Position numbers and translations under genes: made by a program. The notes under the pieces are model-generated. The model was not told where the DNA came from. It worked only from the letters and a program-made list of their open reading frames with translations, and searched no databases. A stretch of 64,000 nucleotides of DNA from Paraphysomonas bandaiensis (taxonomy: Eukaryota; Protista; Chrysophyceae): positions 1-64,000 of the forward strand of contig CBFFRP010000255.1 in NCBI GenBank assembly GCA_965644295.1. The letters run 5' to 3'. Position 1 is the stretch's first letter. Every line of letters begins with the position of its first letter. Positions 11,132-25,119 of the stretch are shown piece by piece.

Positions 11132-14100
11132 CTAATCATCGTCATCATCAACATCAAACTGATCAGCCCCAAGCTCTGGAGCGCCAAGTGTTTTGAACGC
11201 ATGCTCTTGGCGAAACTGCTCGTTGACAAAGTTTCGAAAGTTTCTTTTGTATCGCTGCAACTGGTGAGTCTCCCAGTATTCCTCCTCGTCCTGCTCTGCT
11301 TCCTGAGCACGCATAAGTGCAATAAAATATGCCATTTCGGCCCTTGTTTCGATGGCCTCGACGCGAGCCAAATATCCCCTCCATACACGCTGAAGGCAGG
11401 TAGCAGCGGCATTGAGAAGAGCATTAATAGCAGTTAACTCTGCACGCTTCATGGCCCATCGTCGGGCCGCTTTCCGACCTAAATGGCCACGATACACTCT
11501 CTGAATGCAATTGATACATTCCTTTTCTCGACGCTGCCTTCTGACCATTTCCTGAAGCTTTTGGGTAGCTTCCCGGCGCTCATGAGCCTCACGATCACTC
11601 TTACGGAGCTCTCCTTCTTTGGCCCGAGCAAGTACCTAATTAAAGTAAAATACGAGTCACACGATTCACAGACGCCGCAGAGTACATATTAAGAACATGC
11701 AGTAGATAAGGCTTACCAGATCCATTTTCTTTTGCCTAGCCGCTAGTTTAGATTCTTCTTCTATCATTTTCCGCCTTTCTTCCGTCATTTCTGATTTTTT
11801 GCTTCCCTTTCCACCGTTGTTCACAGGATCATCATCACCAGCCCAGCTGCGCTTTTCGCGTGACAGAAATGCCATCGCACGAAAGTACATAAACGTTAAC
11901 ATAAATAGCCCGAACTTAAGAGTGGATTCAGTTTCATTGAGACGGTGCCAATGATCCGTTCCCTCCTTCGCGATTCGCTTGTCTTCTTCTCTGACCCGCA
12001 TGTTGTTCTCAATCGGCATCAGCTTTTCCTCGAGCTCCCCTCTCATCGCCTCAAAACTAATTATGCCTTTGTATCTATCATCCCGTCTCTTTTTTGCTTT
12101 CGCCACAGCTATTGCCACTGATTGTACTTGTTCCTGGCCAGCTTTCATGAAGCCGTCTTTCTTCACAGATGGGACGTATCCTGCCAAGCTGAACTTACTC
12201 TCTCGTTCACCGAAGTACCAACCCTCAAGCATGTGCTCCAAGATATCATCCACAATCTCATGAGCGACATTCATTGCTACCAATCGCTCCTGACGTGCTC
12301 CGAGGGCTTTACGAGCATTATTTGTCCATAACACTGTGGAATAACCGTGCAGATGACGCACCTCCACATACTCGGACCTGGTGGCGAAGGCATCATGTAG
12401 CTCTTTATCTATATTATTCAAATGTACACGCCTCTCGATCTCGCGAATTTCGAAAGACAGCTCATTGAAGAGATCATCACGTTCGAATGCTGTTCCTCCA
12501 CCTAGTTGAGCGCTAAGAGCGACAGTACTATAGAAGACACCCGCTTCTGGGTCAGACCTCACACGTTCGATTTCATCACGCAGTTCTTTAATACGCGCCT
12601 GACAAGCGTCTTCGTCTACTGTCGGTTGCCATTTGCACTTTTCACTTCTACATGCCAAACAACCCATCACTCCGATTTCCCCCATAATAAGGGCCTCATC
12701 AAGCGCTTCACCGGTTTTATTGCGTTGTAGAATCATCTTCCTGGCCACTTGAACCTGTGCGACAAAATATCACATGAAAGCATGTAAGAAGAAATTCGAT
12801 AAACACTTACCTCGTCTTTCAATGTCGCCTTTTTCAACTTCGTTCGACGCTTATCTCTTCTCTTCGCACGAGACTGTATCTTACTCATTGTCATTGATTC
12901 CTCTACTTCATCTGACTCATCGCTGGAATCGGATTCATCTGTCTCGTCATTCTGCCCCTTCTGAGCAGCCGTCATGCGATCCACTCTTTCTCTCTCTCGG
13001 ACCTATATATTGAACGGTTTGAGGTGGTGAGATACAAGGGAAAGTAACCATGATGTATAATACCTGATCAGCTAAAATTGTATCCAGCTCCTCTTCCAAC
13101 TGAAGCCTTAAAACCTCCGTAGGAAACCTCTGATCATTCGTGTGTAAAACAAGACTGTCCATCCAAAAGTTTTTATTCGCCATTGCTCGATCGAGTTCCA
13201 CCAACACTTCACGAGCTCTAGCATCAACATCTGGGTTGGATGTAATACCATGAGCATCCCATCGCACGTGGGAGCCTAGCTTAGTGTCATTCTTTCGACG
13301 GCGTTGTGCCTCAAGTGCCATTTCCACATACGCCCCATATGAGCCGTTATATTTCTGCATCAGGCGGTAAGCGTGCCTCTCCTCGTCGTTTTTTAGAAGT
13401 TGAGGGTTAGTTTGCTTCCAAATACGTATCAAGTGGTCTCTATCGAACCTGTTTCTCCAACCATCTTTACTTTTACTTGCATCCTTCTCCTTCGCCTTAT
13501 TTACATCATTGACAATATCTGCAAGGCCAACAGACTTTCTCCGGTGAGCGGCTTCTTCTTGAATCGAATTACTATCCGGGTCTAAAATCCGCCCTAGAGT
13601 TTCCGCCAAGTCCTCCTCAGCCTTAGGTTCCACACCTGTGGCCGCAGTTCCTGGATATGATGCTTTCACGTTGGACCTGTGACCTGCGCTTCCCACGACT
13701 GAACTGTTCTGCGACGCTGGTGGGGCCATCGTGCCCCCCCCACCCATCGAAGCACTCGTCCCAGGAGCTGTGCTCTGAGATTGAGAGTCTGCCGTTGTAA
13801 TCGACCCAAAGGTATTGGGTCGCATTCCTTCGAATTCACGGAGAGTTGCCCCTTTGCCTTTGCGGTCAAGCCAATTCTTAGTGTCATCATCGTGGTGATA
13901 GTATGCCCACACCTAGTCAAAAAAATATTAATACTAGTTTACACTCTATCGCATTCATTCCGTACCTCTGGATGCAGCACTTTATCGATACTGGACCATT
14001 CCTTCTCTTCCTTGGTCATAGCTGCATATTGCTTACTTCTAGTCCGTTCGGCACGCTTCGGGTCGAAACTGAATGCAGCTTGTGCCTTGCTGCGACGAAT

Positions 14101-17100
14101 AATATCCGCATCGTCGTGGAATTTCTGTAAGAGCTTACGAACATTCATCTCTCTGCGAGTGAGCATTGCAAACGGCTGAGCCATGATGCGACCGATTTCC
14201 ACCTTATTCAACCTGAACACAATATCAGTGGATTCATAACACAAAACACTTATACAATTACCGATACTGCTCGATTGCAAGGTTATATTTCTTTTTCTTT
14301 TTAGGCTTTTTGCCCATTTCCATACGCTTAAAGTTCTCCTCTTCCTCTTTCTCAGACAGCCACTCGTACTTATGCGGAGCTAGTGACATATCCAGCATAG
14401 TCCACTGTTGTTCTTCTAAAGAGAGGGCCTCCCACCCTTCTCGTCGGTAACGCCTTCTGACCACATCTGCAGGGGTTACAATACGTGCTGCTGTTCCTGC
14501 CGCCGTGCTGAACGTCTCACTGGCAACCGCCGCCCCCCGACCCTGCACGGTGGTGTTTAGAGTAATTGCTATGTTGGCGGCTTCTTGATACGTTCGAAGT
14601 AGAGACACACATGTCGGTAGATCTCTCCGCAATTCAGTCAATTCATCTTTTATTTTCGTCTTTTCTTCCTGCCTCTCGCGCTGCATGCGGTGCATCATTT
14701 CAATCCCTTCCTTTATATCTGACTTCTCACGACAACGGGACGCGTAGGTGTTCGCCCACTGTGCAAACTCCACTTCCAATATACCTTGCTCTCGCATTAA
14801 GTCACGTCTTTCATCCTCCGTGTATTCCATTGTCTCATCGTCCCGTGCAAGCTTCTCAGTCACTATACTAATAGCTTTTTGGCATCGCTGCGTTTCAGCC
14901 TCGGCCTCAACTATCATTTTCCGTGTAACTAAAAGCTTTCGTTCCGCCAGTCTCAGTCCGGTGTGAAGCTCATCTAGTTCCCTCAGACAGACAGGTAGAC
15001 GGGCTTGCATTTCCTTTGCCTTAATGACCAACGGATCAATAACAGTGAGAGCGTTCTGAGCATACCGACAAGACACCTCTATTGAGTACCTTGTAGTGGA
15101 TGCTGCACCTAACACGATTTGATACGTCCCCGAAGGTATGGGGCGGCTCTTCGGCTTATGCACCAACACAATCCGCCCCATACTGTCCGGTAAATTAGGT
15201 GATTGTAAGTCGTATGGGGCGAACCCTACTGGTTGCGGGATAGCCGCACCACCAGTTAAAGTCTCACCTGGCTTAGCATCAGGCAAGCGAAATAACCCCG
15301 CAGCAATTCGACCTAAGCGGTAACCTTTATTCCCAAAACTTCCCTGGTACATAATAGTCACAGAAAATTCGAGCACATGAAGCTCATCCTTATCAGGGAT
15401 GTCAAAACGATGTGAACGACTCTGCCGCTGAGCCAACTCTTGGTTATCAATGTTCCACAAAGTTTGACGATCAGAATGTGTAATAAGCACTACCTTCCCA
15501 GACACTGATTTTGGGTCCTGTTGAGCCAGTACTTTCGGAGATTCAACGATGTAGTACAGGGAATTATTTTTCTTTTTTCTCCGCTTCCGTCTTCCCGGAA
15601 GAGATAAAAGAGCTTCTACACCTTTTTCAATTCGATCTTCCGGAGACATCTCACCCTCCTCTTCTTCTTCCTCTTCTACGCTTCCAAATATATCGAAAGG
15701 GTTGTCGTCGTCGTCGATTTCCCTTTTCGCATAACTCGCGGGGTGGTCACGTGTGCAGCTGTATGAAGAAACATGAAAAAAAGAGTTTTGTGACTCCACA
15801 CTCGCGCTAGCAGGATGAACAACCTCCCACGACCCATATATGCGTCGAATCGAGCCCTCTTCATCGTCTACAGAGCTCATAGAGCGCGTACGACTCCTTT
15901 CTCTTGATGCACTATCAACGTCAAGAGAGTCTTGGGCAGCAATAAACTTCGACAATTCACTAGAAACATCGCACATTGACTCCATTCGACTATGCCCATA
16001 CAATGACTCGTCCTCATGTACGTAGTACATATCCATTACATCTCTAAACTTCCTTTGAGTTGAATCCAGTTCATCCAGTGGAGTGCTTCGTATTGTAAGC
16101 AGTTCCTCTCTTGTAAAGGGGCATTTGAACTCATCACTTTCAAAAACAATTTCGCCATTTTCATATCGCCAACGCATCTCTTCATACTTATCACCATCTT
16201 TCGGGCGATCATGGTTGTTTTTCGGAACAACTTCAAATCGTAGATTCGTTCCATCTGTTCGACCATCTCTTACATAGCTGCCTGAAAAATTCGATTTCTG
16301 ATTCACAGACACGCTTCCTGCATATATATACGGTGACAATACTCTGTCCATTGACAACCATAACTTTTCCGAGTCCGAGAGTTTGTCCCCTGCACCAAGC
16401 GATCGCACACGGTCTCTGCGACTCTCCTTGATAAGGATGTCATGAACAGCTTCTGCTTCTCTCATTTCCTCCGGAGATAGGTAGATTGATGCCACTGCCG
16501 TGGAGGTTGAATATAAGGATGCGTCTTCATCAGTATTTTCATGATTCTCTGAGCAATAGTAATCGCACCTTTTGTAGTACTCATCGCCCTTTCCTCTATA
16601 AAACTTATTCATTAGGCGGTGGGCTTCAATTTCATCCAGAGTAGACAAAAAGGGAAGTGCCAGGGCAATCTGCTCAGGAAGCTTGTTTATTCTCGCAAGA
16701 TCAGGCGCTTCGAGGTCAATTTGGTAATCAGGATCAAATTTCATTTCCTCTAGTTCAGTCGTACTCAAATGTTTATATTCATCTGGATGGAGAATCATAT
16801 CGATCGCTATGAATTTTCGCTCCTCTTTAGTGCGAAGGTCAGCCTCTTTTAATCTCAGACGTTCTGCAGGAGTGCTATTCTCTAATCCAAAGGTGCGGTC
16901 CATAGGCCCCTCCAAAGATCGTTTGTGTTCGATTTTTTCCGCAGCAGCGGACTTTGAATTCAAGTCTTGTAAAATATCCATTACCGAATGTTTCTGCACT
17001 TTTGAAATAACTCGATGAAAAACACGAATTGCAAGCGATATCTTCGCGCAGTCACGTATTACTTTCTCCTGTTTAATTGCAATCATTTCAATCTCATCGT

Positions 17101-20100
17101 TTACTTTATCTACTTCTTCGTCAATAGCATTGACTTTATTTTTTTCCTTATCGTGTTCATTTTTGAGATGCTTCTTCAGGTCTTTTGTAACACATCGCTG
17201 TAATACACCCGGTATGAGAGTATCAGAATCTACAAATTCTGCCTTATGCCCTTTCAGACGCATCCGTTCAGCACCTAAGTTTTTCACTCTCTCAGCGTGA
17301 TGAACACGACGCGAGCGTAGATCATCCTTCTTCAAAACACTGTGCTCAAGGTCTAGTTTAAATTTACGAATCTTTGATGTCTGACGCTTCTCAATCCCTT
17401 GTAGTTGCTTGATTCGCTTAGCCATCAATGTTTCGCGCTCTTGTAAAGAAACTTTCAGAAGCTGTACACTACGGTTGGCAGCATCTAATTGATCCTCTCT
17501 GACTTTTCCAACCATGCAAAATTCACGAAACGTATCTTCCTTGCTAGCCAAATTTCTTTGCAATTCATCTGTTTCATTTTTAGAAATCCCCATCCCAGCC
17601 ATAAGTCTGTCCTTCGTGATGAGCTGAATGGCTTGACGAAGTTTTCTGATTTCGTTTTCCAACCCTGATTTCTGGTTCCGATATTGTAGAGTTTTCTGCT
17701 CGATCAACATCTGGCGTTTCATAGCCTCTACAAGCTTTTGCTTGCATTCTGTGATGTCCTTCAACAGTCTCTGTGTGGCAGCAATAAGTACATTAGGCCC
17801 ATCACTCTCTTTCGCTTCATATCCCCCCTCCCGTTCGCCCTCCATCTGCAGCTCCTCTGCCTCAATTTGCTTCGCTACCGCCTCAGCATGTTTACGCCTC
17901 TCCTCTAGTCGCAGAGCTCGATCAATAGCCATCTGGTCCTCGACTCTCTTCACTGCTTCCGCCCTTCGGGCAAGAAAGAGTTCGTCCGCTCGTTTCTTCG
18001 CGAGTTCCGCATTTTTAACTTGTTGCTCCACCTCATACCAATGTTCCTCAACGAATAGGGAGCGTTCATCTTCTTTGGCCATTTTAAACAGCTCCTTGGC
18101 CTCTCGCTTCTGTTCCAATAGTTTTCGCTGTTTCTCATGCATAGCAGCCCTCTCGGCTTCTTTTTGTGCCTCAACTTCACGCTTCCGACGCTCTGCTATA
18201 CTTGTCTTACGGGCAAGCTTCTCTCGAGCTTTTCGTTCTATCTTTGCAGCATCATCTTCCGTCCGTGTCCATTTCTCCTCTTCCTCCCCTTCCTCCACCA
18301 CAATATCCTCAGCAGATTCAGTGGCTGTGTCTTTCTTGGGAGCCACCTTTCTTTCCTTTGGGGCGAACTCATCCTCTTCTTCTTCATTATCCTGGGCGTC
18401 TAATTTCTTCAGCCATAGATCTACAGATACGGCTGCCTTTGCTACCTTAGACTCGTCAGCCTGTTCTTGGTCCTCTGGTTCCGGTTCGTCACTCTTTCCT
18501 GCCATAAGCTCCTCAATATCGAAATCATCGTATGGATTAACGAATGTTGGTTCCTCCTTACTCACATCTGCATTAACGTGAGACTCCAGCCCCAAGGCCT
18601 GTGCAATGCCATTGAGAGTTGCCAGCAAAAATGACGATCGTTCTTGGAGGGCTTCATGTCCACCACGCAACCAGTTAACCATCACTGCACCAGGCCGAAG
18701 TAAGTCTTTAATGTCTTTCACCACATCACGATTATAAGTCTTCAGGTTCTGTGGAGAAAATATCATTCCTGCGTGCTGCGGTTCTACAAATACATCTTCA
18801 GTACATTGGATTACTAGAAGAGGAATGCGTGTATGCAGTAGAGAGGACTGAATATCCGGGTCATCTGGACCAATTAGAAGTCCTCGCAGCTGCTCCAACA
18901 CGCCCGTGTATCCCAATCCACCCACTTGATGCACTTGTTGGGAAGTAAAATCCAACTTTGACTTATCCACAAGCCCCTTTCGAGTACTCCAAAATTCGTC
19001 CATTGCATGCTCTCTTCCTTCCCGCACTAGGTATTCATCCCAGAAGTGAAGTGATGCAACTAGTTCATTTATCTCAGGAGGCGTGGCAGTCAGCATGCTC
19101 TCCCTAAGTTCTTTGCATACACGTTTGTAGTTCTTGGGCATCTTTGCAAATCCATTAACCGTGACTACGGCCTGTATGTGCGGTTGCATCCATTTCATGC
19201 TGGGTAACACTGACGTAATGAACCTAGCAGTCGCATGTGCTCCGGATCCAAAAGACAGAAAAACAATAGGCTCATCCTCCACTGGACTCCAGTTATTCGG
19301 ATTTTGACTAGTTTTCAAGTGTTGAATAAGAGAGCCGATGGAACGAGCGTGAAGATCCGAGTTAAGTACCCATCCCCTGGGCCAATGCGTGTGTGGGAGA
19401 CCAGGAAGCCCCGCTAATACCAGCCGAGCGAGGGGATACCGCTCCAGTATTGGAGACAGATACTTCTCCATTGTCTGCAGACACATAAATAGGTCAGGCA
19501 CGGCTACAATAGTGAACGAGATCCATCTTCTCTCTGTGCCCGCTTTCTCAACACCATCAAGGTTCAGACTATCAGTAGACAGTTCGCCGTATATGTCCAT
19601 GCTGTCAGGTTCTTTACACTTTTCACGCAGATTTCTCTCCCTAAGTTCTAAAATACTTCTCATTCGAAACAAACGGTTTTCTTCATGAGTTTTAAGAGCT
19701 TCATTCGACCCTCGACCTTTAAGTACACGATATGTCATCATGACCCCATGATCAACATGAAGCATATCATCTGGGCAGTTCCGTACATCACTTTCAAGTG
19801 AGAGGTCAAGTAGGTTCTTCGGATGTTTCGTTTCTTCTGCGCTTGCCGGCCGCGAGTGAGGGCGAGAGCTGGATGATGACGTGGTCCGTTTTGCACTTCT
19901 TGGATGCTTTTGTTGTCTGCTTGAGCTAACCCTATCGCTATTCTGTGTTGGGGATTGCGGTAAGTTGGCGCCAAGGGACGGTGAATCCATCGGCTCCATC
20001 ACGTCCATTCCATCATTACTGACCATTGTCGCGTCATCATAAAAATTCAATTCCTCTTCTTTTCTCTTAGTCCAGGATTTGTGTGTCCGTTGCAGTTCTC

Positions 20101-21746
20101 TAAGGGCACGCTTTTGCCGTTTAGAAGCCCATGGGGGTAAATCAGTTGTTTTTGTTTGTGGGGCATTGACTTTGTACGCGTCTTCTGGGATGGGGAGCTC
20201 AGTGGGTCCACTAGACGTTGAACTAGATCTTGTCGCTCCCCGGGATTTCTTCGTCCTTTTTCTGGTACGTGAATCTGTGCTCGACTGCTGGAAGAGAGAT
20301 GCAGATGAGTCACCTCCTTCAAGTGACTGCGAAAAAGCCATCTGCTGAGCCCGCTGTTCTCGCCTCTCACTGCGCATATGTCGCACTGAGTCGACTGACC
20401 GCACACCTCTACCACTAGCTTTACGAGCATCTCCTGCACTACTAGGTTTCTTATTTTGAATTTCCGTTGCACCCATACTCTCGAAAACTTCCAGATCTGG
20501 CTCGTTGATAAAGTGCTGCATGTCGCGAATATTCAGGTAGTTTGATCCCACCCCGCCGATGATCTGCATTAGAAGTTCCGCCACGGGGTGAGTCACACCT
20601 ATACCTAACTTGGACATACCATTTACAAGCATTTCTATATCAATGAACCCTGTTTTCTCCGTGTCGAAGTGGGCAAACGAAAGCTCTGGGGACAGGCCCC
20701 TTTTCTGCGCATGTTGAAGGAGCTGTCGAAGCTCCTGAGCGACAGATCTAGCAGCAGTCATTTCTCGGGCCCGTTTTTCATCAGCCATATAATCTTCCAT
20801 TGCTCGGCGATTTCCAACAATAGCAATGGTTAAGTACTGTGTGCCTAAAAATACTACTCGGTTTAGATGGTCGAAAACGAAGTTTCCATGGAGCTCTTTC
20901 ACGACTATCTTTGTCGAGGCCGCATACGAGTCGACCCCGAGAATCGATGATTCACTGGAAGTGTAAGCTCTCTCAGCGTACTTCGCAAGCGCACGGGTGT
21001 ATTGATTGGTTGCTTCAGCTCCGTCAGTAATTAGCTTCGATTGGATCTGTGTGGTAAGAGAAGGTGAGTGGCAAGTCATATGTGAAACATTGAAGAAATC
21101 ATTGCAAACGAGAGCATAACAACAAAACTCTTCGTGATGCACTCACCCTCGCCTTCTCATAATAATGACCATCTTGTCGACTACTGAATGGAACAAAACC
21201 TTGAACTAATAGCACCTGAAGCCGCCAGGTCTCACTCCGCAATAAGCTGTCGAACGCACTCAACTTAATCTCCTCGATCTCACCATCTGTATAACATATC
21301 TGCACACATGTCAGCAAAACGTAATCATATGAGACATCCTATTCATACCCGGCAAAGCTTAGGATCAGTCAGTTCGTTCTGTGCATAATCGTATTCATTA
21401 TCTTTGCAATATTCAACCAGAAGTTTTCTCAAAATACGCAACTGTTTCATCGACTCCCCTTGCAGCCCCTTCTCTCCTCGTTTCCGCTCCATGAAGTCAT
21501 TGTGCTCAAGTTGAACACGTTCAACTAATCCACTATTACTAGTTCGCAGACATTTAATAGGCACGCCATCACGAAAAATAAACGTTATCGGAATATTAAT
21601 AGAGCACCTGCATTGGAGTATTAATTCATGCAACAAAAGCACATCAATGTGTACTTTGGGATTTGAGGATCGCCGCATGATGTCCAAAGCGCATTGAAAA
21701 TCCAATCGGCGCCTCTAATTCTTGAAGTGTTTTCGTCGTCTCCCAT
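11132..21746 (-). CDS. Giant (about 3300 aa) protein with EF-hand, alpha/beta-hydrolase-like domain, long coiled coils and C-terminal IQ motifs
   Basis: ORFs 21343-21705, 21099-21317, 14258-21142, 13939-14280, 12947-13912, 12733-12984, 11666-12748 and 11132-11548 are separated by short introns; FDTEKTGFIDIE EF-hand; IQRVYRGHLGR and LQRVWRGYLAR IQ motifs; likely first exon MGDDENTSRIRGADW. Confidence 0.8.
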
Positions 21747-21968
21747 TTATTCCGCTTCTTCTTCTGTTCTGTTCAACACATTGCGATGTTTATTCACTAG
21801 AGTGAGTAAAGAGAGAAAGCTGAAACCAATGGAGGTAAATCACACTGCTCCATCATTAGAAGACATCGAGCAAGAAGCTCCGATCAATGGATATATATAT
21901 ATATATGTATCAGACTGTGCCGTATGTTTGAATATGTTCACTTCATCTCCCTCAAGAGTGAAGAGCGT

Positions 21969-22788
21969 ATGAAGAGACTGACTGTACTGTATATAAAAAG
22001 CGTTTCTCTTCGAATTGGTTGCTGTATTGCAGTGTAGTTCACTGTATTCCGCTCTCTACCCTGCTGCTGCTGCTTTCATGATCCACACAGCAGTGAGAAC
22101 CACAAGACATGTATGTACACGTGCTGTATGTATGTATATATGGCCGTACGCACACCACTCTAGATGGAATCAATCCATTGGCATTGTTATCAAGAACTCT
22201 AACTTGTGCACTGCAAGAGATAATCTAAGATGAGAAGCTTAATTCGAGTATGTGCTAATTCAGGGTCTGGAAGCCGCTGCATGAAAGTGGTATCCAGATC
22301 CCTATTTGATGGAAAATGTGAGCACCACATCTTGAACGTTACTTCTTATCTCTGACTTTCATTCGTGTTCTAGTGCCTTTCGGCGATGCGTCAGGATTAA
22401 TGGATCAAATGGCTAAGGCGAAGAAGATTAAAGAAGAAGCTGATGCAATGAACACGGAATTACATAACGCCAGGTTGAGTGCAACGGACAGCACTGGCCA
22501 GGCTGAGGCTATTGTCAACGGCCTCGGAACACCGATCAACGTTAAAGTAACTTCTGAGGTTTGCAAAAAGGTATTTATATTTGTTTACATCTCTCTTGTG
22601 AGGAAGTAATTTTGTGCCAATTTATTTTGCTGATACAGGGGGCGAATGCTGTATCACTCGCAGTCACACAAGCTATTCGCGCGGCACATACAAAGGCCAC
22701 CACCGAAATGTCAGAGCGAATTGGTAAAATATACGCGGATAGTGGTATGCCAATTCCTGACCAAATGACACGCCAGCTGACTAAGTAG
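21969..22788 (+). CDS. YbaB/EbfC-family protein, probably plastid-targeted (start uncertain)
   Basis: LMDQMAKAKKIKEEADAM...GQAEAIVNGLGTPINVKV...AVTQAIRAAHTKA fits the YbaB pattern; upstream segment ending PAAAAFM resembles an ASAF-type bipartite signal. Confidence 0.75.
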
Positions 22789-23522
22789 AGTAGACTAAAG
22801 AAATTCTGGTTAAGTCATTTCATTTTCACAGAGTTTAGCAGTCTCCCAGTAACATATAATACTGCTCCTTCGAGCCTACATCCACTTAAGCATTAGCCAG
22901 AAGCGCACATTGTTAAAATAACTATCAGGTTCAACTCATCTAGAATGTTATTGGGGAAATATAGTAGAATATAGAATGTAGGGTTCTGTGTTGATGTATG
23001 GAATTATCGTTGCCTTTTTCACGACAGTATCCTATACATTATATATTCCATAGCTAGTTCACTGCTTTCCCACTCGTACTCAGTTGCTGGGGCAATGAAC
23101 TTTATTCTGACTTGAATGCTGGTTTTCTGACTTGAATACTGGTTTAAAACTGGTGGGAGAGCTTATCAACGTAAAAACGGAGGGGGGGGGCGTTCTTTGA
23201 CATTTAGACTTCTATATGCTGTGTTTCTCTATCTAGAGAAGCCTTGTTCTATAGCATAAGTAATGGCTCTCTCATGTTCTGTTAAAATCAACCGACAATT
23301 TTATGGTAATCGTACATTACAAAGGTACAAAGAAGTGTACAAAGGCACATTTACCGAGAATACATGACCTCAGACCTCAGACTAACATCATATAAAAGCA
23401 TATCTACTAGTACGACTAGTACATGACACAGACAGAAGATGAAACGGAGCATGATCAATGGTATGTATTAAACGAAAGTACTTAGTAACGGAGTAAAAAA
23501 AGGCAAAATGTGACGTAACCTT

Positions 23523-23760
23523 TGAGTGATTATTAGAAATAGGCGCTAAACCTGCTTGTGCGTCACCTCAAGCACCAAGATGCAACCACTTTCGCTCCCT
23601 GTCCTTACGGTGAACTAGCCCGGATACTTGACTTCAGTATAGGCAGCCCAATACCCTGGATGACTGTATATGCGGATCACGTTAGTTTCCCGGAGAAATA
23701 TCTCCGATACTTATCCCCTAGAACACCACGAAAAGGTGCGAGAACGACTTTGCTGACGGG
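23523..23760 (-). mobile_element. Short retroposon, copy B (internally deleted)
   Basis: Homologous to copies A and C; flanked by acgtaacctt (23513-23522) and acgtgacctt (23761-23770), a 9/10 TSD; 5' end cccgtcagc. Confidence 0.8.
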
Positions 23761-25119
23761 ACGTGACCTTGTTATACAAACGTAAGTTAAATATTCTACT
23801 GCACCCATATTTCATGGGATATCTTATGAATGTGCAATCATATTTTGTGCCTTCCTTTTTAAGAAAAGTCATGGCAGTGTATCGATCATTATTTGTCTCA
23901 TAGAGACACATATAGCCGGTCTCTCGAGAAAAGAAACTGGGTTAGTTTAGATTCTTTGATTGGCATGATTCTCACATAGATGAGTGGGATATATGATATA
24001 TCCTGTTGAGGGAATTGCAGAAGAGATATGGTCAGAATTCATAAAGAGCACTGCCGTAAGAGCGCACAACAATGAAACTGTCTACGAAACTCCAAAGCAA
24101 TAACGTCAAACATCAAGTGGTGAACTGAGGGTAGAAAGAACTGGCTAAAAGGGGCCATAAAATGCTGGGAAACGGGCAAGAAATTTATCCTCAATACCAA
24201 TTATATAAAAAGAACAAAAATCTCAGCTATACAAATAAAATATTGAAGTAGTATTGGGGACTACAGATATCATCCTAATCCACATCACAAATTCCTAATT
24301 CCTCAATATTATGTGGGGAATGTTTTGGTCAAAATAATTAACATCAAAAAGAAATTTGTGAGCGACTATATCTGGGGAAGATCTTTATAAATACTAAATC
24401 AGAACAGAAGCAGATGATTACGTCGTGGGTTTAATAAAGTGTCAATATCGACTGAGTTCCGCATCAAGTCTTATGAGGTACGCCAATGCCTGAACAACCA
24501 AAGCGTTTTTTACGATACCAAGGTAGAGTGGAAAAGAAGTCATATGCGATGCAAGACATTGCTTAGTTCGGTAGTTACAATAATAGGTATGGAAAATAAT
24601 TCAACTGTAATTGATAACAAGGATAGGATAATTCTAGAATTAGAGAAGACTCAACCGAAATCCATGACTCAATTAGCCTACGATACACAGGAGGCAAGTA
24701 TCATACTCGCAATCGAAGTTATTACAATTCTAGCAAATTATATTCGGGAAGAAATATGTCATTAAAGCTATGGGTTCTAATTAAGAAACTGCACAATACC
24801 CAGTTATGGAAAAAGTATACGACTCCAACCCTGTATGTACTTGTGTCAAATCAGCTTATTGCTGAGTTACAAATACAAATTGAATTAATGCACGGGCTGT
24901 ATTTGACTCACGTTTTACATTAATTTATAAAATAGTGCATAATAAGATATCCAAATAAATAATTGTCATAAGAATGAGATAATCGCAACAACGCTAAATA
25001 ACCACAAAAATAATACTACATAGCAACATCTTATGAGACAGTAAGATCATTTAAAGTATCACGTAACTATATACAAATACACAAGTATACATACTCACGA
25101 CACACAATACATTTCCTCT

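Noticed and set aside
17742-18581. 279-aa plus-strand ORF
   Set aside because: Antisense shadow of the E/K/R-rich coiled-coil exon
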